A model generated the notes under the pieces. It did not search any database and was not told the origin of the DNA. It saw only the letters and a list, made by a program, of their open reading frames with translations. The position numbers and the translations under genes are program-made. Shown here piece after piece: positions 62,276 through 64,000 of a stretch of DNA of 64,000 bases (position 1 is the stretch's first letter; every line of letters starts with the position of its first letter). This DNA comes from Podarcis liolepis (Eukaryota): assembly GCA_965112155.1 (NCBI GenBank), contig OZ218098.1; one strand, 5' to 3'.

Positions 62276-62344
62276 TGATTATGTAGGAGTCACCAAAATG
62301 GTAAAGTAAGGAAGGAGGAAAGGTTACAACATCTGGGCCTTTTT

Positions 62345-63412
62345 CATTTATAAAAAGGGGAGTAAGGGAGACATGAGAGAGAGATGTATGGTTTTGCATG
62401 GTGTAGAGAAAGTGGATACTAGAACTCAGAGCCATCCAATAAAACTGAATGATGGAGATTCAGTACAGACAAATCACTTTTCCACACAATACAGCGGGCA
62501 ACAGTACATTTCTGGTCCCCACGTGCATCAGCGGAGCACACATAAGCCCACCCTGCCCTGCCATCTTCCAGGCCCAAAAGAACCTGTGTGTCAGCGGTGG
62601 TGCATCAATTGGACATGTGCAAAATGGGTCACCACCTATACACAGTTCAGCTATGGAATTTGCTCCCTCAAGACATAGTGATAGCCACAATTTTGGATTG
62701 CTTCCACTTCTGGCAGTGTGCCAGATTCAACTGAGTCCCACTAGTTGAAGCCTGTGCAATGACTTTGACTAGAGCAATGTGGCTTTAGCTCCCTCCCCTC
62801 CCCCTCCCCCTTGAAATTGGCTTGTGGGGAGGGGTTGGGAGAACCCCCAGAGCAGCTCATGGGGGAGGAGAGTGTTGGGATGCAGCCAAAGAATCGGGGG
62901 CAATTTGCAGGCCCCCAGCTGGCCCCAGCCCACCGGCTGGTGTGCCGGGGGATCTCCAGTCCTTGGATCAGCGTGAAACTGTAACCCTAGCTTCAGAAGC
63001 CTTCGGAAGCTGGGCATGCACACTCAGCTGTGTTGAGCATATTTATTCAGCATACATCAGGACAAAAGGAAAAACATGTCTTCTCCCCTTCATGTCCAAA
63101 GCAAGCAGCATAAGCAAACGGTAGTTTCCAGCAAGCTGTGCTGGAGTGTAAACAGACATGTGACACACAACAGTCTCATTCCTGTACCTTAAGGTGGAAT
63201 GGAATATCCCAACAGAGAGGAGGGATTTATTCTGCCTGGCAAACTGTAGTGCTTTCACTTATGTAATGATTGCTGTAGCACTATGTTGAATTCTCCCAGC
63301 ATACTTCTGAATGCCAGCCATAGGAGGCAAGAGCACTGCTGCTGTGATAACAAGATGTGGGATTAGATGGGCCTTTGGCCTAACCCAGCAAGATTCTTAT
63401 GCTCTTATGGCA
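62345..63412 (+). mobile_element. Fragmented CR1 3' region (pieces at about 62345-62495 and 63325-63412)
   Basis: GCATGGTGTAGAGAAAGTGGATA..AGAACTCAGAGCCATCCAAT; GGATTAGATGGGCCTTTGGCCTAACCCAGCA..CTTATGCTCTTATG tail. Confidence 0.6.
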
Positions 63413-64000
63413 TTACTGAGGGTCTTCTCCGTAATAGCACCCAGGCTGTGGAACTCCTAGATGCAGCTGACATACCTTTGCTCCCGTGTGTTTGCTGAAC
63501 ATTAATGTCTGAGTCATTGGTTTATTATTGTGTTAGTTTTCTTTCCGTCATACGCATTGTATTTGAACTTTTTAACGTACCCCTCTCTGGGACTGCTGCC
63601 GTACAGGAGAGCAAATAATAAATGTTTTAAATAAACAAAATTTAGCTGCCCCAGATAGAACAAATTTACAGGATCAAGTTTACCTATTCATACCCTTAGA
63701 ACTACTGCAAACTAATCTTTCTTCCTTGTATACTTGCATTTTTAAAAAGAAAACCTTTTGTCAAATGTAAGAAAAAACTATATAGCTTATTATCAGAACC
63801 ATTATACATCTCTTGAAACATTTGGGATTTGCAAGAGAAAAGATGATAACACAATTTGCAAGCTAGATGCATGTTCTATCAGCTCTTAAACAAAGCACTG
63901 CACAATAAATAATATTCTGTCAGGCTATATGTTCATTCCTTGCTTCGTGCATTAGCTGTGCTTATTCTATGCCACACTTTTATCGCTTTCTATTTTTATA

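Overview
Eukaryotic genomic DNA, most likely from a lacertid lizard. The taxon is inferred from its repeats: a Sauria SINE, Squam3-type CORE SINEs and tRNA/CR1 SINEs. I recognise no host protein-coding gene in the 64 kb. Every ORF with a recognisable motif is a retroelement remnant (L1, L2, CR1, RTE-X-like). The window is a mosaic of two things. The first is transposable elements, many with readable terminal inverted repeats (TIRs) and target-site duplications (TSDs), often nested inside each other. The second is repeat-poor, homeodomain-motif-rich unique blocks that resemble vertebrate conserved non-coding elements, suggesting a gene desert or giant intron near a developmental gene. There is one 136-N assembly gap. 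I cannot demonstrate a new biological system. The best leads are a young L1 inside a Sauria SINE with two intact TSD pairs, hAT MITEs resembling horizontally transferred families, a composite hAT/L2-tail element, two SINEs with different tRNA heads on one CR1 tail, an orphan pre-miRNA-sized hairpin, posterior-Hox motif clusters and a candidate minus-strand exon. Family names are from memory of consensus sequences, not database searches.
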